64,000 bases of DNA from an uncultured Gammaproteobacteria bacterium. Lineage in GTDB: Bacteria > Pseudomonadota > Gammaproteobacteria > Enterobacterales > Enterobacteriaceae. The notes beneath the pieces are model-generated. The model was given only the letters and a program-made list of their open reading frames with translations. It had not been told where the DNA came from and did no database searches. This document shows, in pieces, positions 50,264-61,900 of this stretch. The position numbers and the translations under genes were made by a program. The stretch's first letter is position 1; each line of letters opens with the position of its first letter. The DNA lies in NCBI GenBank assembly GCA_963742005.1, contig CAVUKG010000021.1:46598-110597 (forward strand), read 5' to 3'.

Positions 50264-51577
50264 ATGAAAATTCAGCATCTTCCGTTTGATCAGAATATTA
50301 ATGGCTGGGCTGCCCTCAAAGCGCCGACTCCGCGCTATCCGTCTTTGCGTGGCAAAATCACCGCCGACTGGCTGGTAATTGGCGCAGGCTATGCCGGGCT
50401 GGCGTTCGCCAGACGCATCGCAGAACTCCGTCCACATCAGCAGGTGGTGGTACTCGACGCGGTCGACATTGCCGATAATGCCTCGGCGCGAAACTCCGGT
50501 TTTGTGATTGATTTACCGCATACCGTCGGCAGTTCCTCCGCCGAGCTGGCTCAGGCCAACACCTATCGCCGACTGCTGCAATACGGCGTTACCCATCTCA
50601 AACAGACCGTTGATCGGCACGCCATCGACTGCGACTGGCTAAATTCGGGAAAATATCACTGTTCGGTCAGTGCGCAATTTGATGATGAAATTGCACACTA
50701 TCAGCAAGAATTAACCACCTTGGGTGAAGATCACCAACTGCTTGAAAAAGAACAATTAGCGCAGCGGCTGGGCACTAATTTCTATCGTCGTGCTGTTTAC
50801 ACCCCAAACTGTACGCTAGTGAACCCGGCGGCGCTGATCGCCGGTTTGGCTTCTAGCCTGCCAGCTAACGTGACGGTTTATGCTAATTCTCCGGCTTTGC
50901 AGATTAATACCGACGGCAGAGTCTATGCACAGACACCGCACGGTGAGGTGCATGCCGGCAAACTGCTGCTGGCAATCAACGGAGCCAGTCGTGGACTGCC
51001 GTTATTTAAAGGCAGCTTATTTGCTATGTCGACGTTTGCCACGCTGACTGAACCCTTGACCCTGCGCCAACGTGAGCTGCTCGGCGAGATGGCTCCCTGG
51101 GGACTGACGCCGGTTAATGCGCTGGCGGGGGCCACTCTGCGCTACACCCACGATCATCGTTTTCTTATCCGCGAGCACGTTAATTTTGCCGCCGATCTGG
51201 TCACCAGCGCGGTTGAAACCGGTCGCCACGCTCGTCGCCACCAGCGACTCTTTGCGCGCCTGTATCCCCAATTAGCCGATGTCAACATGGCTTACAGCTG
51301 GTCAGGGCTCATCAGTATCACCCGCAACGGCGCGCCAGTGTGGGGCAATCTGGCCCCTAACGTCTATTCGGCAGCGGGGTGTAACGGGTCAGGTATTTCT
51401 AAACAAAGCGCCTTTGGGCGATTACTGGCTGAACAGGCTTTAGGCGAAGACAATCCGTTGATCGGTGATATGCAGTCACTGGGGCGAGCCAATTATCTCC
51501 CGCCGCGTCCCTTGTTGGATGCTGCGGTAAAAGGCTTTATGGCACGCGAACGCTGGCGTTCTCGCAGCGAACTGTAA
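50264..51577 (+). CDS. FAD-dependent oxidoreductase (DAO/PuuB-like)
   Basis: VIGAGYAGL, ASARNSGF and GCNGSGI motifs; start codon uncertain (50228, 50249 or 50264). Confidence 0.88.
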   Translation: MKIQHLPFDQNINGWAALKAPTPRYPSLRGKITADWLVIGAGYAGLAFARRIAELRPHQQVVVLDAVDIADNASARNSGFVIDLPHTVGSSSAELAQANTYRRLLQYGVTHLKQTVDRHAIDCDWLNSGKYHCSVSAQFDDEIAHYQQELTTLGEDHQLLEKEQLAQRLGTNFYRRAVYTPNCTLVNPAALIAGLASSLPANVTVYANSPALQINTDGRVYAQTPHGEVHAGKLLLAINGASRGLPLFKGSLFAMSTFATLTEPLTLRQRELLGEMAPWGLTPVNALAGATLRYTHDHRFLIREHVNFAADLVTSAVETGRHARRHQRLFARLYPQLADVNMAYSWSGLISITRNGAPVWGNLAPNVYSAAGCNGSGISKQSAFGRLLAEQALGEDNPLIGDMQSLGRANYLPPRPLLDAAVKGFMARERWRSRSEL

Positions 51578-51638
51578 GAAAAAAATCTCGGCTAAACAAA
51601 ATAACAATAATGCAGTTTCTACTACACGAGGATAAAAA

Positions 51639-53189
51639 ATGTCGCACTCCTGGAATCGTCGGGACTTTCTCAAGTTTTCTTTAGCAGCGGGCGCGGCTTC
51701 CGCCGGTTTCGCTTTGAACGTCCAGGCACAGGCGGCCGATGCAACCCCTAAGAAAGGCGGTCACCTCAAGCTGGGCATTGACGGGGCAGCCACCACTGAC
51801 CAGCTGGATCCGGCAAGCTGGATTAGTTCCTATATGATGGTAGTTGGCTGCGCGTGGGGCGATACGCTGGTGCGCACCGATCCGGTCAGCGGCAAGGCAA
51901 TGTCGGGACTGGCGGAGAGCTGGCAGTCGAGCGAGCAGTCTTCACGCTGGATTTTTACCCTACGTTCGGGCGTTCAGTTTCACAACGGCAAGACGCTCAC
52001 CGCCGACGATGTCGTAAAAACCATTAGCCGACACAGTGATCCGAAATTTCGCTCGGGCGTCATTGCTTACCTGTCGTCAATCAACTCGGTGACGGCTGAC
52101 GGTAACACCATAAATATCAAGCTTAATGAAAGCAACGTCGATTTCCCGTTAGTTCTGTCACTTTGGAACCTGCAAATTCAGCCCGGCGGTGGCTATGAGG
52201 ATCCCCACGCCGGGATCGGTACTGGCCCGTACCGTTTGGTAAAATTCGAGGCTGGGGTCTATGCACAGCTAGAGAAAAACCCGCATGACTGGGATGCGGA
52301 TCGCGGTTTTGTCGACAGTGCTGAAGTCATCGCCATCAACGATACCACGGCACGGGTAGCCGCTCTGTCTACCGGAAAAGTGCATTTTATCAACGATCTG
52401 AATCCAAAAATTGTGCCGTTACTCAAACACGGCCCGATAACCTTGTACAACACGCCGGGACGCGGGCATTACACCCTGCCGATGATGGTCGACACCCCAC
52501 CGTTTAACAACAACGATCTGCGCCTGGCGCTTAAATACGCTATCGATCGCCAGCAGATCCTCGACCGCGTTCTCGGCGGATTCGGCTCGCTGGGCAACGA
52601 TTTCCCGGTTAACAGCGCTTATCCATTATTCCCGGCCGATATTCCCCAACGCCAATATGATGCCGATAAGGCCGCCTTCCACTTCAAAAAATCAGGCTAT
52701 AGCGGCCCGATCGTGCTCGATGTCGCAGAGGGCGTGTTCCCCGGTGCGGTGGATGCCGCGACGCTGTTCCAGATCAGTGCGCAGAAAGCCGGCATCAAAT
52801 TGTCGATCCGCCGCCAACCGGATGACGGCTATTGGAACAACGTTTGGCGCAGCAAGCCATTTTGCGTCTCGACCTGGGGCACGCGCCTGACTCAGGATCT
52901 GATTTACTCGCTGGAACTGGGCCCAAACTCCGCCAGCAATGAAACGCATTTTGCTAATCCACAGTTCGCCAGCCTGCTGAAGCTGGCGCGCGCGGAAGAA
53001 GATGAAGCCAAACGCCGCCAGCTTTACCATGATATTGCCCTGATAGTGCGCGATGAGGGAGGCACCTTGCTACCGGTGTTCAATAATTATCTCAATGCCA
53101 GCAGCAACAAGCTACAGGGCTATATTCAAGATGTCGGCAACGATTTATCGAATGGCCAAATCATCTCTCGCGTATGGCTTAATAGCTGA
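51639..53189 (+). CDS. ABC transporter substrate-binding protein (family 5), Tat-exported
   Basis: NRRDFLK twin-arginine signal; GLAESW, LRSGVQFHNGK and GTGPY motifs. Confidence 0.93.
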   Translation: MSHSWNRRDFLKFSLAAGAASAGFALNVQAQAADATPKKGGHLKLGIDGAATTDQLDPASWISSYMMVVGCAWGDTLVRTDPVSGKAMSGLAESWQSSEQSSRWIFTLRSGVQFHNGKTLTADDVVKTISRHSDPKFRSGVIAYLSSINSVTADGNTINIKLNESNVDFPLVLSLWNLQIQPGGGYEDPHAGIGTGPYRLVKFEAGVYAQLEKNPHDWDADRGFVDSAEVIAINDTTARVAALSTGKVHFINDLNPKIVPLLKHGPITLYNTPGRGHYTLPMMVDTPPFNNNDLRLALKYAIDRQQILDRVLGGFGSLGNDFPVNSAYPLFPADIPQRQYDADKAAFHFKKSGYSGPIVLDVAEGVFPGAVDAATLFQISAQKAGIKLSIRRQPDDGYWNNVWRSKPFCVSTWGTRLTQDLIYSLELGPNSASNETHFANPQFASLLKLARAEEDEAKRRQLYHDIALIVRDEGGTLLPVFNNYLNASSNKLQGYIQDVGNDLSNGQIISRVWLNS

Positions 53190-54190
53190 TGTTGGGCGGA
53201 AAAGCGACTCAAGGGGTGCAAGCAAAAGCATCCCTTCATCCTCTGGCCAGCGCCTTGCTTCATCGTTTGTTATTGGCCGTGCTACTTCTCTGGGGCGTTT
53301 CAGTACTGATTTTTGCCGCGGTTAATGCGCTGCCCGGTGATTATGCTGCCGCCGCGCTGGGAAAAACCGCGACGCCGGAAGCGATCGCCAGTATTCGCCA
53401 CAGTTTAGGGCTGGATCAGCCGCTGCTCACTCGCTACTTTGGCTGGTTACGCCATATTGCCCAGGGCAATTTTGGCGACTCGTGGGCCAGTCAACAGCCG
53501 GTAGGCGATCAGCTCTGGCATCGACTGGTTAATTCGCTGTGGCTGGCGGGATGCTCGGCCCTGATCGCCGTGCCTTTGGCGCTGTTGGGCGGACTGTTTG
53601 CCGTACGCTATCTGCACCGCCTGCCGGACCGGGTCATTACCTTGATTTCGCTGATGATCATGTCATTGCCGGAGTTTTTTATTGGTTACCTGCTGATCCA
53701 GACTCTGGTACTGCATATGGGGGTCTCGACCTTTCCGTCCACGCTGTACGACGGCATGAGCCTGAATGACCGACTGTCAGCGATGCTGCTCCCGGTGCTG
53801 ACGCTGGCGATTGCCGTGCTGGCCAATATGCTGCGCTCGGCGCGCAGTGCTCTGATGTCGGTGACCCGCTCGCCGTGGATGGAAACCGCCAAACTTAAAG
53901 GCCTGCCTCCGCTGCGCGTTCTTTGGCGACACGCCGCGCCGAATGCCATTGCTCCCGTGCTCACGGTGATTGCGATGAATCTGGCCGCGCTGATTGTTGG
54001 CGCGATGATCGTTGAGGTCATTTTTGTCTATCCGGGCATCGGTCAATATATGGTTGATGCGGTGACTGTACGGGATATTCCGGTGGTGCAGGCCTGTGGG
54101 GTAGTGTTTGCCACAATTTATATTCTGTTCAATCTGCTGGTTGACAGCCTGATGATGGTGACCAATCCCCGACTGAGATTTCCACGATGA
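53189..54190 (+). CDS. peptide/opine ABC transporter permease (DppB-like)
   Basis: LPGD, LGLDQP, TAKLKGL (EAA-like) and VEVIFVYPGIG motifs. Confidence 0.92.
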   Translation: MLGGKATQGVQAKASLHPLASALLHRLLLAVLLLWGVSVLIFAAVNALPGDYAAAALGKTATPEAIASIRHSLGLDQPLLTRYFGWLRHIAQGNFGDSWASQQPVGDQLWHRLVNSLWLAGCSALIAVPLALLGGLFAVRYLHRLPDRVITLISLMIMSLPEFFIGYLLIQTLVLHMGVSTFPSTLYDGMSLNDRLSAMLLPVLTLAIAVLANMLRSARSALMSVTRSPWMETAKLKGLPPLRVLWRHAAPNAIAPVLTVIAMNLAALIVGAMIVEVIFVYPGIGQYMVDAVTVRDIPVVQACGVVFATIYILFNLLVDSLMMVTNPRLRFPR

Positions 54191-55002
54191 AAAGCGCTAT
54201 TCCTTCAATCACCACCCTTATCGGGGCACTTTTGCTGGCGATATTTGTTGTCATCGCGCTGGCTGCTCCGTGGATTGCTCCCTATGGCGCGGATCAGATT
54301 GCCGGTGAGACCTGGCAACCGATGAGCACGATGCACTGGCTCGGCACTGACAACCTTGGACGAGACCTGTTTTCGCGCCTGGTATATGGCGCACGGCTTA
54401 CCCTACTCTTCGCTTTTTTAATTTCGATATTGGCGACTCTGGTGGGAACGCTATTGAGCTTTCTGGCCGTCAGCGTGGGCGGCGCGTTTGAAATGGTGCT
54501 GTCACGTTTGAACGACCTGTTCATGTCATTGCCATCGCTAATTATCGCGCTGGTGGCGCTGGCGGTGTTACCGCAGACCAATACCACGCTGGTTGGCGTG
54601 CTGGTCGCCGTCGAAGCGACGCGTGTTTATCGACTAGGATACAGTCTCGCCACTCAAATTGTCGCTACCGACTATATGGAAGCGGCTCGCCTTGCGGGAG
54701 AATCGCACGCGTATCGCATCATGCGCGAGATGCTGCCCAACGCCCAGCTTCCGCTACTTGCCGAATGGGGCAGCCAGTTTGCTTCCAGCATCCTGTTCAT
54801 CTCCACCCTGTCGTTTATCGGCCTGGGGATCCAACCTCCCGCCGCGGATTGGGGAAGCATCGTGCGTGAAAACAAAGACGGCATCTTATTCGGCGTAAGC
54901 GCCTCATTTTATCCGGCTATCGCCATTTCTTTATTGGTGATTGCCGTTAATCTGTTAGTCGATGCCTTGAGCAGTAAATTGCATCAACAGGAGGCACAGT
55001 AA
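54187..55002 (+). CDS. peptide/opine ABC transporter permease (DppC-like)
   Basis: HWLGTDNLGRDLFSR, YMEAARLAG and LSFIGLGIQPP.ADWG motifs. Confidence 0.92.
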   Translation: MKSAIPSITTLIGALLLAIFVVIALAAPWIAPYGADQIAGETWQPMSTMHWLGTDNLGRDLFSRLVYGARLTLLFAFLISILATLVGTLLSFLAVSVGGAFEMVLSRLNDLFMSLPSLIIALVALAVLPQTNTTLVGVLVAVEATRVYRLGYSLATQIVATDYMEAARLAGESHAYRIMREMLPNAQLPLLAEWGSQFASSILFISTLSFIGLGIQPPAADWGSIVRENKDGILFGVSASFYPAIAISLLVIAVNLLVDALSSKLHQQEAQ

Positions 55003-56618
55003 TGGATCCTAACGTTAATCCGCTACTGACCGTTGCAGGACTTTCAATCGCCCATCGTCATACCCTGCTGGTCGATGACGTTTCATTTGCACTTTGCCAA
55101 GGGGAGATTCTGGGGCTGATTGGCGAGTCGGGAGCGGGTAAATCTACTGTCGGTTTAGCCGTCATGGGCCACTATCGCGGTGCGCTGCGGCCGGTTAGCG
55201 GCGTCATTACCCTGAATAATGAACGCTATCTGACGCAAGACACTGACAAACTGGCACGTCATCAGGGCAAACGTATAGGCTACGTCGCACAGTCGGCCAG
55301 TGCCAGCTTTAACCCTGCTTTAACGATTGGAGCACAGGTGGTTGAAGCCGCCTGCTATCACGGGATCCTCGACAAATCCGCCGCGCACCAGCGCATGCTA
55401 GAGCTGTTTTCACTATTAGGTTTGCCGGATCCTCAGCATTTCGGCGATCGCTATCCGCATCAGGTTTCGGGTGGGCAACTGCAGCGTGCAATGACCGCGC
55501 TCGCACTCTGCCCGGCGCCAGATATCGTCATCTTCGACGAGCCGACTACCGCGTTAGACGTCACGACCCAGCTCGACGTGTTGGCCGCTATCCGCCATGC
55601 GGTAAAAAAGACCGCCACTGCTGCACTGTATATCTCACACGATATTGCGGTAGTAGCGCAAATCGCCGACAGCCTGCTGGTACTGCGACAGGGTAAAGTG
55701 GTTGAAAGTGGAAGCACCGCTGACCTACTGCGCTCCCCTACCCATGCTTACACCCAGGCATTAATTAATGCGCAACATGCTGCCTCCCCGGTGACCAAAC
55801 CTGTTGATGCTGCGGCGCTGTGCGTTGCAGGCCTGAACGTGGGGTATGGCAATAGTGCGCCGATCCTGAACAATCTGTCGTTTACCCTGCCGCGCGGGCA
55901 AACTCTTGCCTTGGTTGGCGAATCAGGATCGGGTAAGTCAACGCTGGCTCGCACGCTGGCCGGACTGCAAACCCCGCGTTCCGGCAGCTTGCTGCTTGAG
56001 GGTAAAGCGTTGTCCTTTTCCTGTGAGCAAAGAACGGCGCTGCAACGCCAGCAAATTCAATATATTTATCAGAATCCGGACACCTCTCTAAACCCGCGCC
56101 ATCGGGTGCGTGAATTGATTGGACGAGGCGTCAAACGCCGAAGCGGTTTGCGCGGTGCAGATTTGCGGGAAAGAATTATTGCTTTGCTTGAGCAGGTTGA
56201 GCTGGCAGCGGATTTGATCGACCGCTTTCCAGCACAGCTTTCAGGAGGGCAAAAACAACGAGTTGCCATTGCACGGGCACTGGCTTATGAGCCGGAAATC
56301 CTGATTTGTGATGAACCCACCTCTGCACTCGATCCCTTAGTTGCGCAGGGTGTTCTGGCGCTGTTCAGGCAATTGCAAGGATCCACCGGCCTGACGCTGC
56401 TGTTTATCACCCATGATATCGCGACGGTACGCAGCATCGCACATGCCGTTTCCGTCATGCATCGGGGAAAAATCGTGCGACAGGGGCCGCGCGAAACCGT
56501 GCTGGCACCTCCTTATGATCCCTATACAGAAAAGCTTCTACGTTCAGAACCCACACTGCAACCGGGCTGGCTGGATGAGACGTTGCAACGCCTTACGGCA
56601 GCATCAACACTTTACTAG
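55002..56618 (+). CDS. ABC transporter ATP-binding protein with two fused ATPase domains
   Basis: GESGAGKS and GESGSGKS; VSGGQ and LSGGQ; DEPT twice. Confidence 0.94.
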   Translation: MDPNVNPLLTVAGLSIAHRHTLLVDDVSFALCQGEILGLIGESGAGKSTVGLAVMGHYRGALRPVSGVITLNNERYLTQDTDKLARHQGKRIGYVAQSASASFNPALTIGAQVVEAACYHGILDKSAAHQRMLELFSLLGLPDPQHFGDRYPHQVSGGQLQRAMTALALCPAPDIVIFDEPTTALDVTTQLDVLAAIRHAVKKTATAALYISHDIAVVAQIADSLLVLRQGKVVESGSTADLLRSPTHAYTQALINAQHAASPVTKPVDAAALCVAGLNVGYGNSAPILNNLSFTLPRGQTLALVGESGSGKSTLARTLAGLQTPRSGSLLLEGKALSFSCEQRTALQRQQIQYIYQNPDTSLNPRHRVRELIGRGVKRRSGLRGADLRERIIALLEQVELAADLIDRFPAQLSGGQKQRVAIARALAYEPEILICDEPTSALDPLVAQGVLALFRQLQGSTGLTLLFITHDIATVRSIAHAVSVMHRGKIVRQGPRETVLAPPYDPYTEKLLRSEPTLQPGWLDETLQRLTAASTLY

Positions 56619-56635
56619 ATGAAAGGTTAGCGCTA

Positions 56636-57631
56636 ATGAGCGAACACAATTTGCAGCAGCGGGCGCGCGCGCTTTATGCCAATGCCCTGGTGTGGGATGG
56701 ACACTCCGGTTTTATGCCCGACCCGGCCGCCGATCTCACTAACCTAAAGCTTTGGCATAATGCCGGGGTACATTATCTCTCGGTCGATGTCGGTTTCGAC
56801 GTGCTGCCGTGGGAGCAAACGGTGCGTAACCTGGCGGTATTTCGGCACTGGATACTCGATCACCCGGACGATTACCTGCTGGTAAATCGCCCGGAGGATA
56901 TTCTTATCGCGCGGGCGTCGGGAAAATTGGCGATCAGTTTTGATATTGAAGGCATGAACGCCCTTGATGGCCGCGTGGAGATGGTGGAATTTTATCATCA
57001 GTTGGGTGTGCGTCAGATGCTGTTTGCCTATAACCGCAACAATCTGGCCGGTGGCGGCTGTCATGATAACGATGTCGGACTAACCTCCTTCGGACGAGAG
57101 GTTATCGACGAGATGAACCGCCTGGGAATGTTTGTTGACGTCTCACATTGCAGCTATCGCACCAGCATGGAGGCGATGGACTATTCGGCTAAACCGGTGA
57201 TCTTTTCCCACTCAAATCCTTTAGCGGTTAACCGCCACGGCCGTAATATCAGCGATGAGCAAATTCGCACTTGTGCCAATACCGGCGGGCTCATTGCCGT
57301 GAACGGCATTGGCCGTTTTCTTGGCAGCAACACTCCAGACGCGGCGCTGGTTGCTCGCCATCTCGATTACCTGATCAACGTTGCCGGGCCTCGTCATGTC
57401 GGTATTGCACTCGATTACGCCTTCCCGGTCGGCAATGTCAGCACGGCAGAGATACTGGCGGCAAATCCAGAATACTGGCCTGACAGCGAGTACGCCGGGG
57501 CTGTCGGCTATGTGGCCCCTGCGGCTCTGGAGGAGGTAGTGCTACAGCTATTAGCACGAGGCCATAGCGAGAAAACCGTACGCGGGGTGCTGGGGGAAAA
57601 CTTCTACCGGCTGGCGAAAGAGATCTGGTAA
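56636..57631 (+). CDS. membrane-dipeptidase (M19) family metallohydrolase
   Basis: WDGHS, IEG, MNRLGMFVDVSH, SHSN, RNISD and GENF motifs. Confidence 0.9.
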   Translation: MSEHNLQQRARALYANALVWDGHSGFMPDPAADLTNLKLWHNAGVHYLSVDVGFDVLPWEQTVRNLAVFRHWILDHPDDYLLVNRPEDILIARASGKLAISFDIEGMNALDGRVEMVEFYHQLGVRQMLFAYNRNNLAGGGCHDNDVGLTSFGREVIDEMNRLGMFVDVSHCSYRTSMEAMDYSAKPVIFSHSNPLAVNRHGRNISDEQIRTCANTGGLIAVNGIGRFLGSNTPDAALVARHLDYLINVAGPRHVGIALDYAFPVGNVSTAEILAANPEYWPDSEYAGAVGYVAPAALEEVVLQLLARGHSEKTVRGVLGENFYRLAKEIW

Positions 57632-58919
57632 TCGACAGGCTCATTGTTAAATCAGAAACCCAAGGAAATAGCCTGACTCGTTATAAATCCATTCGATATG
57701 GATTCATACTTTAGTCATATTAGCTGTTTATGATTTAGGGTTACCCTGCTTTTTGCAGTAGTCATTGCTGTTAATCCAGCCCGGCATTGTCGAGGTCAAA
57801 TCACCTTGTTGCGTTAGAGGGATTTAATTTGCGATCATTTTTTTATTTTTATTTAAAAAATGAGATAAGCATCACGAAAATTATTTTCAGCTTCTACCTG
57901 TAAGAGGCTGTTTAATTCATCTTTCAGCTATCTCATTTATTTTAATAAGAAACTCACCGCCGCCCTCCACTCCCTGCATCAACTGTACAAATTAGGTAAA
58001 GATTGAGTTAGCAATGGCTAATCATTTCCTTATGTAAATTATGTGATGTATAAACAAAATTTAAACATTTAGAACAGAATAGTTTCGTAATGAAACCAAA
58101 TTTTTTATAACATTTTTACTACGCCTTTATCGTCGAACTGTCTAAGTCATTAAGATAAAGCCTCCTGAATAGCGTCATTTCTTAAAAATTATTTACATTT
58201 AAAATCAATTAATTAAATCAAAAAAATTGAGCACCCTGCCTAGGTTATTAAAATCCCTCCAAAAAAAACTTCCGATCGCTTATCACCTTAAATGAAATTT
58301 AATTACCAAAGCGATTGGTTTCAACGATTGAAGTTCACATAAAATGGCATTTATCCTATTTTTAAAAATGTAACTTATAGGCTAATCTCATCTCAAAGTG
58401 TAAGCGTGGCGTTAAGGCACAATTAATATGTTCAGTTTTAGCGATGTTTTAGCCACCCTTTGCATAAGAAAATCTGACGTTTTTGCCCGACTCTTCACCG
58501 GCAACCCACGACGGGATAGCGCATTGTTTTCGAACGTTGCCGGCTGATGATTAGCGCAAACTCAGACGCTAACCCACTAAAAATAATGACCGTATATTTA
58601 TAAATTACTGATTTTCTTTCGCCAACGCAGGTTGACGAAAATTGACAATATCGCCCCCACCAGTTTGAAAGTTTATTCAGATTTACGTAAATGGTCTCAC
58701 TCGCTGTTAAGTAAAAGGTTGATAGCAATATCTGCAGTTAATTTACCCCGCTATCAGCACAGAGACTCTTCAAGGCTCAATACGATTTCATCGTTGTTTT
58801 GCATGAGGTCACTACAGAGATGGGGTGGATAATCATGACGATTATTCGCTATTTAAACCAGTGTCTGCGGATGCTGGGTATTTTTATGGATATCAATACC
58901 TGCGCGGGATCACGATTAT

Positions 58920-61900
58920 ATGAATAATATTTCAGTAACACCTAAAGGTGGCACAATTGCAACTGAATCAAGCGGTAATCAAATCACCTTAACCGCTCCT
59001 AGTTTAGTTAAGCTTCATCTCAGCCAATCGGATATTAAATCTTTTACAAGGAATGGTAATGATTTAGTGGTCACCACTAAATCGGGTGAAGTTCTGGTTA
59101 TTCATAATTTTTATAGCCCAAACGGCGACAGTGATCTGGTCCTCCAGGACAATCACGGCGCGCTATGGTGGGTGGAAGATCCCGGCAGCGAAGGGTTCCA
59201 TTATGTATCAATCGACAGCACTGATGCGATATTGGCGGAAGGCAGCTCCGGTAACGCAGCGACCACCGCCGCCTACGGCATTGCAGGCGGCGCGCTGCTG
59301 GCAGGGCTGATCGCATTAGCCGGTGGCGGCGGAGGCGGTCACAGCAATGGTGATAATGATGGCAACTCCGGTGGCAACAATGGCGGTGGCAACAACGGCG
59401 GTGGTAACAACGGCGGTGGCGATACGACAGCACCCGGCGCGGCCACTAACCTGCTGATCAGCGATAACGTCGGGACCCAGCAGGGTGCCATCACCAACGG
59501 CACCAGCACCGACGACAATACCCCAACCCTGAGCGGCAATGCGGAAGCGGGCAGTACGGTAAATATTTACGATGGTAGCACCCTGTTGGGCACCGCTACC
59601 GTCGCGGCCAATGGCACCTGGAGCTTCACTAGCCCCGCGCTAACCGACGGCCAGCATAGCCTCAGCGTAACGGTAACCGATGCTGCAGGTAACACCAGCG
59701 CCGCCACCACTCCGGTGACGTTCACCGTAGATACCGTGCCGCCAGTGGCGGCAGGCGATCTGCAACTGAGTAACGACGGCGTGCCAATCGCCTCCGGCGG
59801 TTCGACCAATGATACTACGCCGACCCTGAGCGGCACTGCAGAGCCTGGCAGCACGGTGACTATTTCGGACGGCGGTACCGTATTGGGCACCGTAACCGTC
59901 GGTAACGATGGCACCTGGAATTACACGACCCCGACGCTGGGCGATGGCGGTCACAGCATCACTACTACGGTGACCGACCCCGCAGGCAATACCAGCCCTT
60001 CATCAGATCCGATTACCTTCACCGTTGACACCTCGATCCCCGCTGCGGCGACCGGGTTGGTTGTCACTGATAACGTTGGTGAAACTCAAGGACCACTGGC
60101 ATCCGGTGCGGTAACCGATGACAGCACGCCAACTCTGAGTGGTCAGGCGGAAGCCGGCTCCACCGTCAACATTTACGACGGCACTACCCTGCTGGGTAGT
60201 GCAACCGTCGGCGCTGATGGTAACTGGAGTTTCACCAGCCCAGCGCTGGCCGATGGCCAACACAGCCTGACCGTGACCGTAACCGATGCCGCGGGCAATA
60301 CCAGCGCCGCAACCACGCCGTTTACCCTTACCACTGACACCGTTGCACCTGCGGCAGTGGGCGATCTCACCGTAACCAACAATGACGGTGCGACTCCTGT
60401 ACCGATTGCGCAAAACGGCGCGACCAACGACAGTACCCCGGTGCTGACCGGCACCGCCGAAGCAGGCAGTACCGTGACCATTACCGATGGTACCATCGTG
60501 TTGGGCACCGTGACCGTAGGAGCGGACGGCAGTTGGAGCTTCACTAGCCCAACGCTGGCGGACGGCAGCCATACCCTCAGCATCACCGCCACCGACGCGG
60601 CGGGTAACGTCAGCCCGGCAACCACCTTTACAGTGGATGTCGATACCGTGGCGCCTGCGGCTACCACCGGCCTGACCGTGACTGATGACGTGGGCGCCGT
60701 GCAGGGCCCATTAACATCGGGCGCGACCACCGATGACAGCACGCCAACCCTGAGTGGGCAAGCCGAAGCCGGGACCACCGTCAGCGTTTATGACGGCACT
60801 ACCCTGCTGGGCACCACCACCGTGGCAGCCGACGGCAGCTGGAGCTTCACTCCACCGGCCCTGAGCAACGGCGATCACATCCTGACCACCACCGTGACCG
60901 ATGCGGCGGGCAACGTTAGCCCGGCATCGCCAGCCTTTGACCTGACCGTCGACGCAGGGCTGCCACCGGCGACCAGCTCTCTGGAAGTGACCGACGATAC
61001 CGGCACCACCCTGGTGCAGCTGGCAGACGGGGCCAGCACCCACGACAATACGCCGACCCTGAGCGGCCTGGCCGGTGCCAACGACACCATCACCCTTTAC
61101 AACGGTGACGTTTTACTGGGTACCGCGACGGCGGATGCCAACGGTCAGTGGGTATTTGACACCTCGACGCTGCCGGACGGGACCTATGTCTTCCACGCAG
61201 TCGCCACCGATGCGGGAGGAAATGCGGCCGACTCAGGCAATATCACTATCATCATCGATACTGTGGCACCGGCTACCGCTGGCGATCTGCAGCTGAATAA
61301 CGACAATGGCAGCAGCGAAGTACCGATTGCCTCCGGCGGTGCCACTAATGACAATACGCCGGTGTTTAGCGGTACCGCAGAGCCTGGCAGCACGGTCACC
61401 ATTACTGATGGCACCACCGTGTTGGGCACGGTAACCGTGGGCAGCGACGGCACCTGGAGCTACACCACACCAACCCTGAGCGAGGGCGGTCACAGCCTGA
61501 CCACTACCGTCACCGACGCGGCCGGTAACACCAGCCCGGCCTCCGATCCTATCACTTTCACCGTGGATACCACGGCACCAGCCGCCGCAACGGGTCTGGT
61601 AGTGACTGACGATGTCGGCGACAGCACCGGTGCTCTTGCATCGGGCGATACAACCGACGACAGCACGCCAACCCTGAGTGGGCAGGCCGAAGCCGGCACC
61701 ACCGTCAGCGTTTATGACGGCACCACCCTGCTGGGCACCACCACCGTGGCAGCCGACGGCAGCTGGAGCTTCACTCCACCGGCCCTGAGCAACGGCGATC
61801 ACAGCCTGACCACCACCGTGACCGATGCGGCGGGCAACGTCAGCCCGGCATCGCCAGCCTTTGACCTGACCGTCGACGCAGGGCTGCCACCGGCGACCAG

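Noticed and set aside
59255-59285. LapG-type dialanine cleavage site (TTAAYG) in the adhesin
   Set aside because: Does not match the canonical TAAG context, and no lapD/lapG genes are in the window
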